From the NCBI GenBank assembly GCA_044225505.1, contig JBGAIN010000008.1, positions 1-64,000 of the forward strand: 64,000 bases of DNA, given 5' to 3'. The notes beneath the pieces are model-generated. The model worked only from the letters and a program-made list of their open reading frames with translations, was not told where the DNA came from and did no database searches. Origin of the DNA: Limisphaerales bacterium (GTDB lineage Bacteria > Verrucomicrobiota > Verrucomicrobiia > Limisphaerales > SIBE01). A program made the position numbers and the translations under genes. This document shows positions 45,949-56,403 of the stretch, piece after piece (within the stretch, counting starts at the first letter, position 1; every line of letters begins with the position of its first letter).

Positions 45949-47169
45949 TTACGAGAGCTGGAATTGGGGGATCTTGAGCAATTCGCCGTCTTTTTGAGCC
46001 GATTGATGCGCGACGATTCCTGCCACCGTCATGTTCAGAGCCCAAGAAATGTCGACGAGGGGGTTTCGGTCTTGAAGGACGGCGGTGACAAACTCATTCA
46101 TCAGGTGTCCGTGGGACCCGCCATGCCCGCCGGCGTCCACGCCCGGTGGAAGGGGTGGGCGCTTGAGGCTTTCGCTGACGCGGTTCAAACCCTCGAACTT
46201 GCCGTAGTAGGTTCCTTTTTGTCCGCGCACACGGCCCATTTCGCCGGAATACCCCGGGGTGTCCCAGCTGACGGCCATTCGGGCACTCCCGCCCTCGCTC
46301 GTTCGGAATAAGGCAATTTCAGTCCCAAACGCGTTTTTGTAGATGTTACTGCTGGGTTGCAGGTGAGGAATGACGCTGGGCATCCCCATGCAGGACACCG
46401 CCGTAAAGGCTTTTCCGGTAACTCCAACGTAATAGGCATTGGAATGGGTTGGATACCATTGTGGAGGCAGGCCCACCCGCCAATCGCGGTAAGAGGCGAT
46501 GGGTTCACTCATGTAGTGATAGTACTCTCCTTCTGCGTAAACCATCGCGCCGAACCCACCGGCCCGATAGATCTGTCGCATGGCAAAAAGATCTTCGTGA
46601 AAGCAAGACGTCTCGAACATCATGTAGCGACGTCCGCTCTTCTTCACTGCCTCGAACAGGTCAGCAGCATCCTCGAGAGACCCAAACACGGCGGGCACAG
46701 CGCAGGCCACGTGCTTGCCGTGCCGGAGAACCTCTCGACAATGCCGCGCATGACTGGGAGCGTCCGTAGCGACAAAAACCGCTTCAATTCGATCGTCTTG
46801 GACAAGTTCTTCGAGGGACGGATAGGTGCGGGCGCATCGACACGCTTTGGCAAGCCCTTGGCAGCGCTCGGGAATTAAGTCACTCACTGCGACGACCTCG
46901 ACGTTTGGATGGTCCTGAAACCCAAACTGCGCGCCAAATTGACAAACCCCATAACCAACAATTCCCACTCGGAGCTTGCGATCGGACACAGGTTGCCAAC
47001 CTTTGGCCGCGGCAGGATCGGTCGGAGCTTTCTCGAAGCCTTGGATCGGCACGGTTTGCGCCGATCCGTTACGCGCCAGCGTTGCCCCTGCCAGAACCAA
47101 ACCGGTGGACCGAAGGAAAGACCGGCGGGTCGTTCCAGATCGAGCGAGTTTTTCGATGGGTTTCATCAA
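45949..47169 (-). CDS. Tat-exported Gfo/Idh/MocA family oxidoreductase
   Basis: TRRSFL twin-arginine signal; VGIVGYG, ATDAPSH, YAEGEYYH, GGHGGSH. Confidence 0.9.
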   Translation of the reverse strand: MMKPIEKLARSGTTRRSFLRSTGLVLAGATLARNGSAQTVPIQGFEKAPTDPAAAKGWQPVSDRKLRVGIVGYGVCQFGAQFGFQDHPNVEVVAVSDLIPERCQGLAKACRCARTYPSLEELVQDDRIEAVFVATDAPSHARHCREVLRHGKHVACAVPAVFGSLEDAADLFEAVKKSGRRYMMFETSCFHEDLFAMRQIYRAGGFGAMVYAEGEYYHYMSEPIASYRDWRVGLPPQWYPTHSNAYYVGVTGKAFTAVSCMGMPSVIPHLQPSSNIYKNAFGTEIALFRTSEGGSARMAVSWDTPGYSGEMGRVRGQKGTYYGKFEGLNRVSESLKRPPLPPGVDAGGHGGSHGHLMNEFVTAVLQDRNPLVDISWALNMTVAGIVAHQSAQKDGELLKIPQFQLS

Positions 47170-47984
47170 TTCTTTAGGGTTGGCAAGTTGAGCACCTGCC
47201 CAGCCTTGAGCTTCCGTGAGTCCACACTGGGATTGATATTCTGCAAGGTGCTCAGCTTGATGTTGTACTTCTTGGAGATGGTGGCCAAGGTTTCGCCTTG
47301 TTTGACTACATGGAGCCGCGGCGTCGGGGTTGCCGTCGCCGCCGGACGTGAAGGCGTTGCCCGTGCGGTTGGCGGCGGTGACGACCGTTCGACGGTGGGG
47401 GTGCGGCGTTCCGAATCGTGGAAAGAGGCTTGCGTTGACGGAACTGGGGCGGGGGCCGCGGCTTGGACGGCTAAAGCGAGCTTATTGCTGTAAAAGGTCG
47501 CTTGTTCTACCAGTTGTGTTTTCAAGAGAGCGACCTGCTCGTAAAGCGCGGCGTTCGTCACGGAAAGGCGGCGAATTTCGTCTTGGACCTGGCGGCTTAC
47601 CAAAGCAAACGAGACCGTCTTGGCCAATTCAAGTTTGCAGGTGTAAATCCGCTGCTTCACTGTTTCCGCCATATTGGAATCCGGCTTCAAAGAGAGATGG
47701 CGTTCGAAATGGTAAATCGCTGCCGCATAGTCGGATCTTTTCTCTTCGTAAAGCAGGCCCAGTTCAAGGTGCGCCGCGGCCGACTTTGGGTTGGCCATGA
47801 GGGCGTCTTCGAAGGCTCCAATCGCGCCGTCGTAATCCATGCCGTTCAAGTGATTCTTTCCAGCCAGATAGTGCGGGTCCTTTTCCTCCTCGACAGGAGT
47901 ATCTCCCATCGGGAAACAGCCGCTCAGCGGGAGAGCAAGGAGCGCGCAGAATATCAGTCGCGTCAAGACGCTGAACAGAGTCAT
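47166..47984 (-). CDS. Lipoprotein with TPR repeats, coiled coil and C-terminal LysM domain
   Basis: Lipobox LSGC; AHLELGLLYE...AIYHF TPR; HVVKQGETLATISKKY...LKAGQVLNLP. Confidence 0.9.
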   Translation of the reverse strand: MTLFSVLTRLIFCALLALPLSGCFPMGDTPVEEEKDPHYLAGKNHLNGMDYDGAIGAFEDALMANPKSAAAHLELGLLYEEKRSDYAAAIYHFERHLSLKPDSNMAETVKQRIYTCKLELAKTVSFALVSRQVQDEIRRLSVTNAALYEQVALLKTQLVEQATFYSNKLALAVQAAAPAPVPSTQASFHDSERRTPTVERSSPPPTARATPSRPAATATPTPRLHVVKQGETLATISKKYNIKLSTLQNINPSVDSRKLKAGQVLNLPTLKN

Positions 47985-48137
47985 TGCGCGAAACTAAACG
48001 AACTGTTAGCGCGGCGCAATGTCCGGTTGTTCTCATTTCTACCGTGAGCCCAAGCCCGCCGCTCGCCCGTGGAAAGAAGTTGACGGAGCGGCACGCAGCA
48101 CCGACTTTCAGGACGTTGGGTGTGACCCCGTATTCCC

Positions 48138-49700
48138 ATGGATCAGGCTGAACATTTGGATGAATTACTCGTCTGTCGACTCGATGAAAGGCGGCGGACT
48201 CTCCAACCAGGAACCATTGTCATCTTTGGCGCCAGTGGCGATTTGACAGCGCGGAAGCTGATTCCGGCTCTCTATCATCTGTATGCTGAAAAACAACTGC
48301 CGCAGCCCTTTCGAATCATTGGAGTCGCGCGGCGTCCCAAGACGTCGGAATCCTGGCGGCAGGAGCTTTTGGAAGCGCTGCAACGTTTTTCCCGCACCCA
48401 ACCAGTGGACGTGGGGATTTGGGAGGCTTTTGCCAAAAACGTTGTTTATTGCGAGGGTGACATTAGCCAATCCGCGACCTATGTAACGCTGCGCGGGCAG
48501 TTGGAGAGTTTTGGCGATGAAGCGCTGCGCAACAATCTGCTTTTCTATTTGGCGATTCAGCCCAGCCAGTTTGCCGAGGTGGGAGAATTTCTTCACCAAG
48601 CTGGCTTGTTGAATCGAGAAGGTCGCGGCGGATTCGTTCATCGAATCGTGGTCGAGAAACCGTTTGGCCACGACCTGCTCTCGGCCCAGAAGCTCAACGC
48701 GGAACTCACCCGCTTTGCCCAGGAAAAGCAGATCTTTCGTATCGATCACTACCTGGGGAAGGAAACAGTTCAGAACATCTTGATGTTTCGGTTTTCCAAC
48801 GCGATTTTTGAACAGCTCTGGGCTCGGCAATCAATTGATCACGTCCAGATTACAGTCAGTGAAAAGCTCGGAGTCGGCTCGCGTGGTGGCTATTACGAAG
48901 AAGCGGGGGCCTTGCGCGACATGGTCCAGAATCACTTGCTTCAGGTCTTGGCTCTGGTTGCCATGGAGCCTCCGGTTTCGTTGGAATCGGAATCGATCCG
49001 TGACGAAAAGGTGAAGCTGCTCCGATCCATCCGCCTGCTTCAACCGAGCCAAGTTTCCTCCCAAGTCGTGCGTGGGCAGTATACTGCCGGCGCGGTCGAC
49101 GGCCAACCAAGGCCTGCTTACCGTCAGGAAGCGAAGGTGAATCCTTTGTCCGATGTCGAGACCTTCGTCGCGGCCAAACTGTGGATTGACAACTGGCGCT
49201 GGTCCGGTGTGCCGTTCTATTTGCGAACAGGCAAGAACCTTCCTCTCAGTGCTAGCGAAGTCCGCGTGCAGTTCCGGCCGACTCCGAACGTCCTTTTCGC
49301 GGCCCAGTGCGGACCCAAGCTCGATGCGAATTCACTCACGCTCCGTTTGCAGCCTAATGAAGGGATCACCCTTCGATTCAACGGCAAGATTCCAGGCCCG
49401 AACCTGCAAATTCGGCCGGTCCGAATGCATTTCAGTTATGACTCCGAATTCGGCGCTTACACGCCAGAGGCCTACGAACGCCTCCTGGTCGAGGCCCTGG
49501 CTGGCGATGCAACGTTGTTTATTCGGCGCGACGAAGTCGAGGCTGCCTGGGCGATTGTCGATTCGATTCGCAGTGGCTGGGATGGGCAACCGCTTGCAGA
49601 TTCGGAGTTTTACGCGAGCGGCACTTGGGGGCCGAACGCCGCCTCGGATTTACTCGCAGCTCGCGGTCACGCTTGGCGGAACCCGCAACCTATTGTCTGA
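48138..49700 (+). CDS. zwf: Glucose-6-phosphate 1-dehydrogenase
   Basis: IFGASGDL, EKPFG, RIDHYLGKE, RDMVQNH, RWSGVPFYLRTGK. Confidence 0.97.
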   Translation: MDQAEHLDELLVCRLDERRRTLQPGTIVIFGASGDLTARKLIPALYHLYAEKQLPQPFRIIGVARRPKTSESWRQELLEALQRFSRTQPVDVGIWEAFAKNVVYCEGDISQSATYVTLRGQLESFGDEALRNNLLFYLAIQPSQFAEVGEFLHQAGLLNREGRGGFVHRIVVEKPFGHDLLSAQKLNAELTRFAQEKQIFRIDHYLGKETVQNILMFRFSNAIFEQLWARQSIDHVQITVSEKLGVGSRGGYYEEAGALRDMVQNHLLQVLALVAMEPPVSLESESIRDEKVKLLRSIRLLQPSQVSSQVVRGQYTAGAVDGQPRPAYRQEAKVNPLSDVETFVAAKLWIDNWRWSGVPFYLRTGKNLPLSASEVRVQFRPTPNVLFAAQCGPKLDANSLTLRLQPNEGITLRFNGKIPGPNLQIRPVRMHFSYDSEFGAYTPEAYERLLVEALAGDATLFIRRDEVEAAWAIVDSIRSGWDGQPLADSEFYASGTWGPNAASDLLAARGHAWRNPQPIV

Positions 49701-49755
49701 CGCCTAGCCTGTCCTGGCCCAGCGCTGGACTGGCTTCGCTCTGAATTCAGGAGTC

Positions 49756-50511
49756 ATGTATCCGCCCGAGCTATTTCAATATCCGGACGAGGGGACTCTC
49801 GCCAACGATGTCGCTCGCCGGTGGCGGACGGAACTGACGGTGGCATCGGAAAGACCATTTTGTGTGGCGCTTTCTGGCGGACGGATCGCCCGTCGCTTTT
49901 TTTCTTCGGCCGCTACGGCGTTGTTGGAGACGGGCGCGAATCGAGGCGCTCTGGAGTTTTTTTGGGCGGACGAACGCTGCGTGCCCCCGAACGATCCTGA
50001 GAGCAATTTTGCGCTGGCGCGGCAATCCCTCTTGGAGCCCTTGCGTGTTCCCGAAGCGAACATTCATCGCATTCCAGGGGAACTGGCCTCTGAACTGGCC
50101 AGCGAAGCGGCCGAGACCGAGATTCGGCGCATAGTTGCCCCAGGAGCGACCGGTCAACCCAGGTTGCATTTAATCTTCTTGGGGATGGGCGAAGACGGAC
50201 ATATCGCGTCGCTTTTCCCAGGCGAACTTGAGAATGCCGCGCCGTCTACGCGCACGTATCGGGCTGTGGTGGGTCCTAAGCCTCCTCCCCAGCGCGTGAC
50301 GCTGAGCTACGAAGCGATCTGCGCGGCAAAAGCGGTTTGGGTGCTGGCCTCTGGGGCTGGAAAGGAGAAGGCACTGCGGGACTCTCTATCCGTTCCCACA
50401 AGCACCCCTCTTGGCCGGCTCCTGGCAATGCGCGAGAATGTGATCGTTTTTACGGACATCGCGCTCAAGGCGTCGGTAGGGAGACCACCACGCCTCGGAG
50501 CGGACGCCTAG
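49756..50511 (+). CDS. pgl: 6-phosphogluconolactonase
   Basis: ALSGG, WADERCVP...SN, LGMGEDGHIASLFP, PKPPPQRVTL; follows zwf. Confidence 0.93.
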   Translation: MYPPELFQYPDEGTLANDVARRWRTELTVASERPFCVALSGGRIARRFFSSAATALLETGANRGALEFFWADERCVPPNDPESNFALARQSLLEPLRVPEANIHRIPGELASELASEAAETEIRRIVAPGATGQPRLHLIFLGMGEDGHIASLFPGELENAAPSTRTYRAVVGPKPPPQRVTLSYEAICAAKAVWVLASGAGKEKALRDSLSVPTSTPLGRLLAMRENVIVFTDIALKASVGRPPRLGADA

Positions 50512-50544
50512 GACGATCGCGCGGGGTAAGGTGTTTTCGGTCCC

Positions 50545-50940
50545 CTACTTCGAACCTCCTGCAGCGCCTGAACGGGCCGGGTTGGTTTCGCCACCGTCGA
50601 GCACATTTCGGACGGCCTTGCGCAGATCGCCCGCGGAGAATGGCTTTAGGATGACGAGGTTGCACTCTGGGCAAGGTCCCATGGGCGGCGAGCCGCTAAA
50701 GAGGATGATCCGCTGTTGCGAATCCCGTTTTCGAATCTCGCGCCCTAATTCCAGTCCAGACATCCCAGGCATGCGATTGTCGGTCAGCAGCAAGTCGTAG
50801 CGCGCCTTTTCGTAGCGTTCCAGAGCGGCCGGGCCGCTCGGGGCCATTTCCAAAACGTAGCCGTCCGGCTCGAGCATATAAGAAATGGACTCCTGTACCA
50901 TCGGATCGTCATCGACGACCAATATCCGTTTTGCTGGCAT
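50545..50940 (-). CDS. Single-domain response regulator (REC)
   Basis: ILVVDDD, LLTDNRMPGMSG, FSG, KPF. Confidence 0.9.
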   Translation of the reverse strand: MPAKRILVVDDDPMVQESISYMLEPDGYVLEMAPSGPAALERYEKARYDLLLTDNRMPGMSGLELGREIRKRDSQQRIILFSGSPPMGPCPECNLVILKPFSAGDLRKAVRNVLDGGETNPARSGAAGGSK

Positions 50941-51132
50941 AAGCGCAAAGTTGACCGCAAATTCTCAACGCCGCCAGGGTAGATCACGGAAGTAATGCAC
51001 TCAGGAGTTTAATCCGTGCGCACGACCCTACCAGGCCTTCGGTCAACCTCAGCAACGCTAAACCGATTATTGCCGCATCGCGCCGACTTTGTCGATAGAG
51101 CGTTATGCTTCCGCGAGAAGCGCTAGCTCTCC

Positions 51133-52416
51133 CTACACCACGGCTTTGACGACGGCTTCGATGAGTTCCAGGCCTTCGTCCGCTTCGGTTCGCCTCAGGT
51201 TAAGTGCGGGAAGTAAGCGAATCACTTGGGTTCCAGACGGAACGGCTAACAGCCCAGCTTGGTGAAGCCGGTTGACAAACTGCAGTGACGCCGCTTTGGC
51301 TTGTCCTGCAAACGCTGGGATATTTGCCGCCAGCTCGAAACCCAGCATCAGGCCAGCTCCGCGAACCGCTGTAATCACTCCGGGATATTTCTGGGAAAGG
51401 GCGAGGAGCCTGTCGGTAAAGTGCTGGCCGAGCTGGCGAGCGTTATCCGCCAGCCGTTCGCGTTCGATCACTTCCAGGATCTTGAGCGCGACGGCGCACC
51501 CGGGCGGGTTCCCACCAAAGGTGGAAGCGTGCGTCCCTGGACTTAGCAAATCCGCGTACGGGGCTCTCACCCAGAATGCTCCCATGGGAAAGCCGCCGCC
51601 CAGCGACTTCGCCATCGAGAGAGCATCCGGGAGAAAGTCACCACCGCTCTTCGTTCCTTCCAACAAACGTTGAAAGCTTTGAAACCGGCCCGTGCGAAAG
51701 TGTCCGTCCTGGACCGCGTCCATGAGCAGGAGGAGATTCTTTTCGTTACAGAGTGCGCGGAGGCCTAGGAGATAGTCTACTGTGGCGGGGGTAATGCCTC
51801 CTTCGCCTTGGATGCCTTCAATTAAGATCGCGACCGTCGCAGGGGAAAGGTTTTCCCGAATGGCTTTGAGGTCATTGAACGGCACGTGCCGAAAGCCCGG
51901 GACGAGCGGCTCAAACCCTTTTTTGACTTTATCTTGACCGGTCGCCGAAATGCCCGCCAGGGTCCGTCCGTGGAACGAATGAATGGCGGTGAGGATTTCA
52001 AAGCGCCCTTCCTCGTGGCCGAACTTCCGCGCTAATTTGAAAAGGCCTTCGTTCGCTTCGGCCCCGCTGTTCGAAAAGAAGACCTTACCAGGGGCCAGAT
52101 GCTGGACGATCTGCTGTGCCAGGCGCCCTTGGGGCTCATGATAGTACAGGTTCGATGTGTGCCCGAGGCGTTGCGATTGCTCGATCAACGCTTGAGTAAT
52201 CTCGGCGTTCGAGTGCCCCAGGACGTTGACGGCAATGCCGCCACCGAGGTCGAGATAGCGCTTGCCCGCGACATCCCAGAGGTAGCTTCCCGTGCCTCGT
52301 TGGAAAGCGAGGTCAAAGCGTCCGTAGCTCGGAACGACGTAGCGATTGAACAGCTCTTTTACGGTTTCAAACTGGTTGTGGACAATGGCTGGAAGCGGAG
52401 CGGTGACTTCTTTCAC
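51133..52416 (-). CDS. argD: Acetylornithine aminotransferase
   Basis: GIAVNVLGH, NSGAEANE, SFHGRT, IQGEGG, AKSLGGGFP; within the arg operon. Confidence 0.92.
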   Translation of the reverse strand: MKEVTAPLPAIVHNQFETVKELFNRYVVPSYGRFDLAFQRGTGSYLWDVAGKRYLDLGGGIAVNVLGHSNAEITQALIEQSQRLGHTSNLYYHEPQGRLAQQIVQHLAPGKVFFSNSGAEANEGLFKLARKFGHEEGRFEILTAIHSFHGRTLAGISATGQDKVKKGFEPLVPGFRHVPFNDLKAIRENLSPATVAILIEGIQGEGGITPATVDYLLGLRALCNEKNLLLLMDAVQDGHFRTGRFQSFQRLLEGTKSGGDFLPDALSMAKSLGGGFPMGAFWVRAPYADLLSPGTHASTFGGNPPGCAVALKILEVIERERLADNARQLGQHFTDRLLALSQKYPGVITAVRGAGLMLGFELAANIPAFAGQAKAASLQFVNRLHQAGLLAVPSGTQVIRLLPALNLRRTEADEGLELIEAVVKAVV

Positions 52417-52477
52417 GTTGGCTAGGGGCTAATTGGAGGAAACAACTACATTTGGAGAATGGGAACTGAATTCGATT

Positions 52478-53362
52478 TCATAGGACGACTTCCGTCCCAG
52501 TTCCTTCGTCCGTAAAGATCTCCAGCAGCAAGGCGTGGGGGACACGCCCATCGATGAAGGAGACCTTTTCAACGCCCGACTGGATGGCACGGACAGCACT
52601 TTCGACTTTTGGGATCATACCCTTGTCGATAATGCCTTGCGACCTGAGAGCTGCCACTTCGGCAATGCGGAGGTGGGTCATGAGCGAGTTGGGATCGCGC
52701 GGATCGCGCATCAGTCCCGGGACATCGCTCATGAAGACGAGACGCCTCGCTCGCAGCGCGATCGCGGCCTGGGCAGCCGCCACATCCGCGTTGCAATTAT
52801 ACACTTGGCCGTCCTCCCCGCGCGCCGTTGGGCTGATCACCGGGGTGATCCCTTGCTCGATGCAATCTTGCAGGACCGCGGTATTGACTCCCGTGACCTC
52901 ACCGACATATCCAAGATCCAGGCGAGTGCCGTCCGGATGTCCTGCCCACAATTTGCGGCAGGTGAAGATGTCCGTTCCGGCAAACCCCCGGGCCGCGCCG
53001 CCTAACGCGTTGATGGCGCCCACGACTTCGGGATTAATCTCGCGCGAAAGCACCTGGTCGACGACTCCCACGGTCTCGAGGTCCGTGACCCGCTGACCTT
53101 GAATAAACCGGGCTTGAAGCCCAGCTTTCTCCATGGCGCGGGTAATGGCCTTTCCGCCTCCGTGGACCACCACCGGATTGATCTCCACCGCCTCGAGGAA
53201 GACAATGTCCCGGGCGACGCCGTTGCGGACCGCGGCGTCCGGCGAATCCATGAAGCTGCCCCCATATTTTACAACAAACGTGGCACCACTGAAGCGTTGG
53301 ATGTAGGGCAGCGCTTCAAGCAGCGTGGTCGCTTTCGAGATCAGTTGATCCATCGTGCTCAT
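52478..53362 (-). CDS. argB: Acetylglutamate kinase
   Basis: LLEALPYI, VKYGG, VHGGGK, YNCNAD, GMIPK, LLEIFTDEGTGT. Confidence 0.96.
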   Translation of the reverse strand: MSTMDQLISKATTLLEALPYIQRFSGATFVVKYGGSFMDSPDAAVRNGVARDIVFLEAVEINPVVVHGGGKAITRAMEKAGLQARFIQGQRVTDLETVGVVDQVLSREINPEVVGAINALGGAARGFAGTDIFTCRKLWAGHPDGTRLDLGYVGEVTGVNTAVLQDCIEQGITPVISPTARGEDGQVYNCNADVAAAQAAIALRARRLVFMSDVPGLMRDPRDPNSLMTHLRIAEVAALRSQGIIDKGMIPKVESAVRAIQSGVEKVSFIDGRVPHALLLEIFTDEGTGTEVVL

Positions 53363-53364
53363 CG

Positions 53365-54735
53365 TTACCCTCCAAGAGTGGTGGGATCGGTGACGTCACC
53401 TTTGTTGAAATCAACGTATTCTTCGGTTAGGTCCGCGGCGTAGATCAAGCTCGCGCCTGGCCCGAGGTTCAAATCAATATGCAGATCGAACTCCTTGGCT
53501 GCCACTGCGTGACAGAGCGATTTGAACGTCGCGGCCGTCGGTTGACCACGTTTCAAGCTCCAAAGGACCCGCGGCGAGCCAGGGGCGCTATAGCCGATAT
53601 CCACTTTCTCCTCCACAACGGTGGCGGCGCTGTAGCCGAGCGCGTCGATGATTCGGCCCCAATTCGGGTCGCCTCCATGCCAGCTCGTTTTGACCAAAGC
53701 GCTATTGGCGACGGCCCGCGCGGCCAGATCCGCTTCGGCGGTTGATTTCGCTCCCTGGACGCGAACGGTAACGAAGCGTGAAACTCCTTCGCCATCGCGC
53801 ACAATCTTCTTCGCCAGCTCTAAACAAACGTGATCCAGAGCCGATTGAAACATCGCCGCGTCCCCGAGCTTCGCTGGCACAGGGCCATTCTTGGCCGCCT
53901 TCGCCAGCTGGCGCAAATCGGCCGCGCGCAGCGAGGCGTTTTCCGCCAAACCGTTGGCCAGGACCAGGACCGTATCGTTGGTGCTCATGTCGCCGTCTAC
54001 GGTAATCCGGTTGAAACTGCGGGCGACGGCGTGCTCCAAGGCGACCTGCAGCGCTTCTGAGCGGATCGCTGCGTCTGTGGTGATAAAGCAGAGCATGGTC
54101 GCGTGCAGAGCGGCTGGGCGTTTTCCCGTGCTGCTCATGCCTGGTTGGATCATGCCCGCGCCCTTGCAGATCCCTCCCATACGAACGGTCTTTCCGCCCA
54201 ATCGGAATTCGATCGCGACCTGTTTTGGCTGGGTGTCGCTCGTCATGATCGATTCCACAACATCCTCCGCGGCGTCCGCGCTATTCGTCAATAAGGCCGC
54301 GGCTTCCTCAATGCCGCTTTTGACATTGAGCATCGGCAACTGCACCCCGATGCGTCCCGTCGAGGCCACCAAGACATGTTCGGCTGGCATGCTCAAGTGG
54401 CGCGAGACCAATTCGGTCATGAGAAGTGCATCTTTCATCCCTTGACGTCCGGTGCAAGCGTTGGCGTTTCCTGAATTCACCACGATAGCCTGGGCGACGC
54501 CCGATCGCGTGCGATCGAGACAGACCTTGACCGGAGCAGCGCATACCTGGTTGGTGGTGAACATTCCAGCCACGGCCGCTGGGATCTCGGAAACAATCAA
54601 GGCCAGATCGCGTTTCTTCCCCTTTTGCGAACCTTTGCCCGTTCCGAGGCGTTTAATGTCGCAGAAGACACCGCTTCCGAGGAAGCCTTGCGGCGCCACA
54701 ATGCCGCCAGGGATGGTTTTGAGGCGTTTTGCCAT
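53365..54735 (-). CDS. argJ: Ornithine acetyltransferase / N-acetylglutamate synthase
   Basis: NSGNANACTG, STGRIG, KGAGMI, ATML, DGDMSTND, DGEG, DPNWGR. Confidence 0.96.
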   Translation of the reverse strand: MAKRLKTIPGGIVAPQGFLGSGVFCDIKRLGTGKGSQKGKKRDLALIVSEIPAAVAGMFTTNQVCAAPVKVCLDRTRSGVAQAIVVNSGNANACTGRQGMKDALLMTELVSRHLSMPAEHVLVASTGRIGVQLPMLNVKSGIEEAAALLTNSADAAEDVVESIMTSDTQPKQVAIEFRLGGKTVRMGGICKGAGMIQPGMSSTGKRPAALHATMLCFITTDAAIRSEALQVALEHAVARSFNRITVDGDMSTNDTVLVLANGLAENASLRAADLRQLAKAAKNGPVPAKLGDAAMFQSALDHVCLELAKKIVRDGEGVSRFVTVRVQGAKSTAEADLAARAVANSALVKTSWHGGDPNWGRIIDALGYSAATVVEEKVDIGYSAPGSPRVLWSLKRGQPTAATFKSLCHAVAAKEFDLHIDLNLGPGASLIYAADLTEEYVDFNKGDVTDPTTLGG

Positions 54736-54794
54736 AAAGAGTTAACCGTCGTGCCCTTGCCCGGAGATTCTTCCGAGGCGAAAGGCGCGTTTTT

Positions 54795-55865
54795 TCAGAG
54801 GAGTCCAGTGGTTTCTGGAAATCCGCACATCAAGTTCATGCTTTGCACCGCCTGGCCGCTCGCTCCTTTGACCAGGTTATCTTCCGCACTCATCACAATG
54901 AGCCGCCCGGTGCGGGGATCAAGGCGCCACGCCAATTCGAGGACATTGGTCCCGACCACATTCTTGGTGTCCGGCAGTGCCTTTCCCTCCAGCAGCCGCA
55001 CGAACGGCTCCGCACCGAGTGCTGCTTGGTAACATGCTCGGACTTTTTCACCCAAGCGCGCGGCTCCGGCTGTGTCCGAGAAGTGTTCTGCGGGAGCGAG
55101 GTAAAGGGTAGTCAGGATGCCGCGATTGACCGGAATAAGGTGCGGTGTGAATTGGATTGTGACAGATTCTCCAGCGGCGGCTGACAGTTGCTCTTCGATT
55201 TCAGAGAGGTGCCTATGCTTGGGCAGCCCATAAGGGCGAACGCTCTCGTTGCACTCCACAAATAGATAGTCCACCTCGGCTTTTCGGCCGGCGCCGCTGA
55301 CACCGCTCATGGAATCGGCAATCATCCCTGTAGGCTTAATCAACCCGGCTCGCAGCAGCGGAATGATCGGCAGCAAAATGCTCGTTGGATAACACCCTGG
55401 AGAGGCCACGAGCGAGGCGCCTTTGATTTGCTCGCGATAGACCTCGGGCAAGCCGTAGACGGCCCGGGTCAAGAGCTCGGGCGCGGGGTGTTCGTGATCA
55501 TAGAACTCGCGATAGACCTGCGCACTTCTCAGACGAAAGTCCGCGCTCAAATCGATCACTCGACAGCCCAGCTCGAGTAATGGAATCGCGAACTCCGCGG
55601 CGACCCCGTGCGGCAAGGCCAGAAAGACCACATCGCTTTGGGTGGCGATCAAGTCGGGCTTTGGCTCCGCAAATCGAACCGCGCGCGATTGAGGATGACT
55701 CGCAAATTTCGGGAAGATCTGCGCAATCGTCTGCCCGGCATTCTGTCGCGAGGTCACCGTCGTCAACTCGACCTTGGGATGCTGAAGCAGCAAGCGCACG
55801 AGCTCTTCGCCGGAATACCCGGAGGCACCCACAATTCCAATTCTCACGCGGGAATGATCATGCAT
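54795..55865 (-). CDS. argC: N-acetyl-gamma-glutamyl-phosphate reductase
   Basis: GASGYSG, LALPHG, DLSADFRL, SPGCYPT, SGVSGAG, HRHLSEI, DNLVKGASGQA. Confidence 0.97.
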   Translation of the reverse strand: MHDHSRVRIGIVGASGYSGEELVRLLLQHPKVELTTVTSRQNAGQTIAQIFPKFASHPQSRAVRFAEPKPDLIATQSDVVFLALPHGVAAEFAIPLLELGCRVIDLSADFRLRSAQVYREFYDHEHPAPELLTRAVYGLPEVYREQIKGASLVASPGCYPTSILLPIIPLLRAGLIKPTGMIADSMSGVSGAGRKAEVDYLFVECNESVRPYGLPKHRHLSEIEEQLSAAAGESVTIQFTPHLIPVNRGILTTLYLAPAEHFSDTAGAARLGEKVRACYQAALGAEPFVRLLEGKALPDTKNVVGTNVLELAWRLDPRTGRLIVMSAEDNLVKGASGQAVQSMNLMCGFPETTGLL

Positions 55866-55937
55866 ATTTCGACAGCACGGTAAACGGTGTCCATGGCGGT
55901 TTCACAACCTTGGTAATCCAACCAGCGGATCCGATAC

Positions 55938-55970
55938 AAAAAAACCCCGCAGGCAGGTGCCAGCGGGGCT
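55938..55970 (-). terminator. Intrinsic terminator after rpsI
   Basis: Minus strand CCCCGC..GCGGGG stem followed by T7. Confidence 0.75.
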
Positions 55971-55995
55971 TCTCAAGATTGTTTGAGTGACGCAA

Positions 55996-56391
55996 TTAAC
56001 GCTTGCTATACTGGAAGCGCTTGCGTGCCCCGGGTTGGCCATATTTCTTTCGTTCTCGCATACGGGGATCGCGAGTAAGAAACCCAGCCGCTTTCAAAGT
56101 CGGCCGGTAGCTCAAGTCGGCACGCAATAGCGCACGGGCAATCCCGTGCCGCACTGCGCCCGCTTGCCCGTTAGGGCCGCCGCCGGAAACACTGACCCGA
56201 ATGTCAAACTTGGCAGCGGTTTCCGTGGCCGCTAAAGGTTGCGCCACCTGTAACCGTTGCGCGTCGACCACGAAGTAACTCTCCATGGGGCGCCCGTTCA
56301 CGGTGATTTTGCCGGAACCCGCGGCCAAGCGCACGCGCGCCACGGCTGTTTTGCGGCGTCCCGTTCCAAGAAACTCTGTCGTCTCTGCCAT
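55996..56391 (-). CDS. rpsI: 30S ribosomal protein S9
   Basis: [42 protein letters not shown]. Confidence 0.98.
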   Translation of the reverse strand: MAETTEFLGTGRRKTAVARVRLAAGSGKITVNGRPMESYFVVDAQRLQVAQPLAATETAAKFDIRVSVSGGGPNGQAGAVRHGIARALLRADLSYRPTLKAAGFLTRDPRMRERKKYGQPGARKRFQYSKR

Positions 56392-56403
56392 AGGGATCGG
56401 AAA

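Noticed and set aside
51700..51725. ArgD DAVQ instead of DEVQ as a sign of inactivation
   Set aside because: The PLP-binding Asp, Gln and catalytic Lys (AKSLG) are retained and the operon is intact
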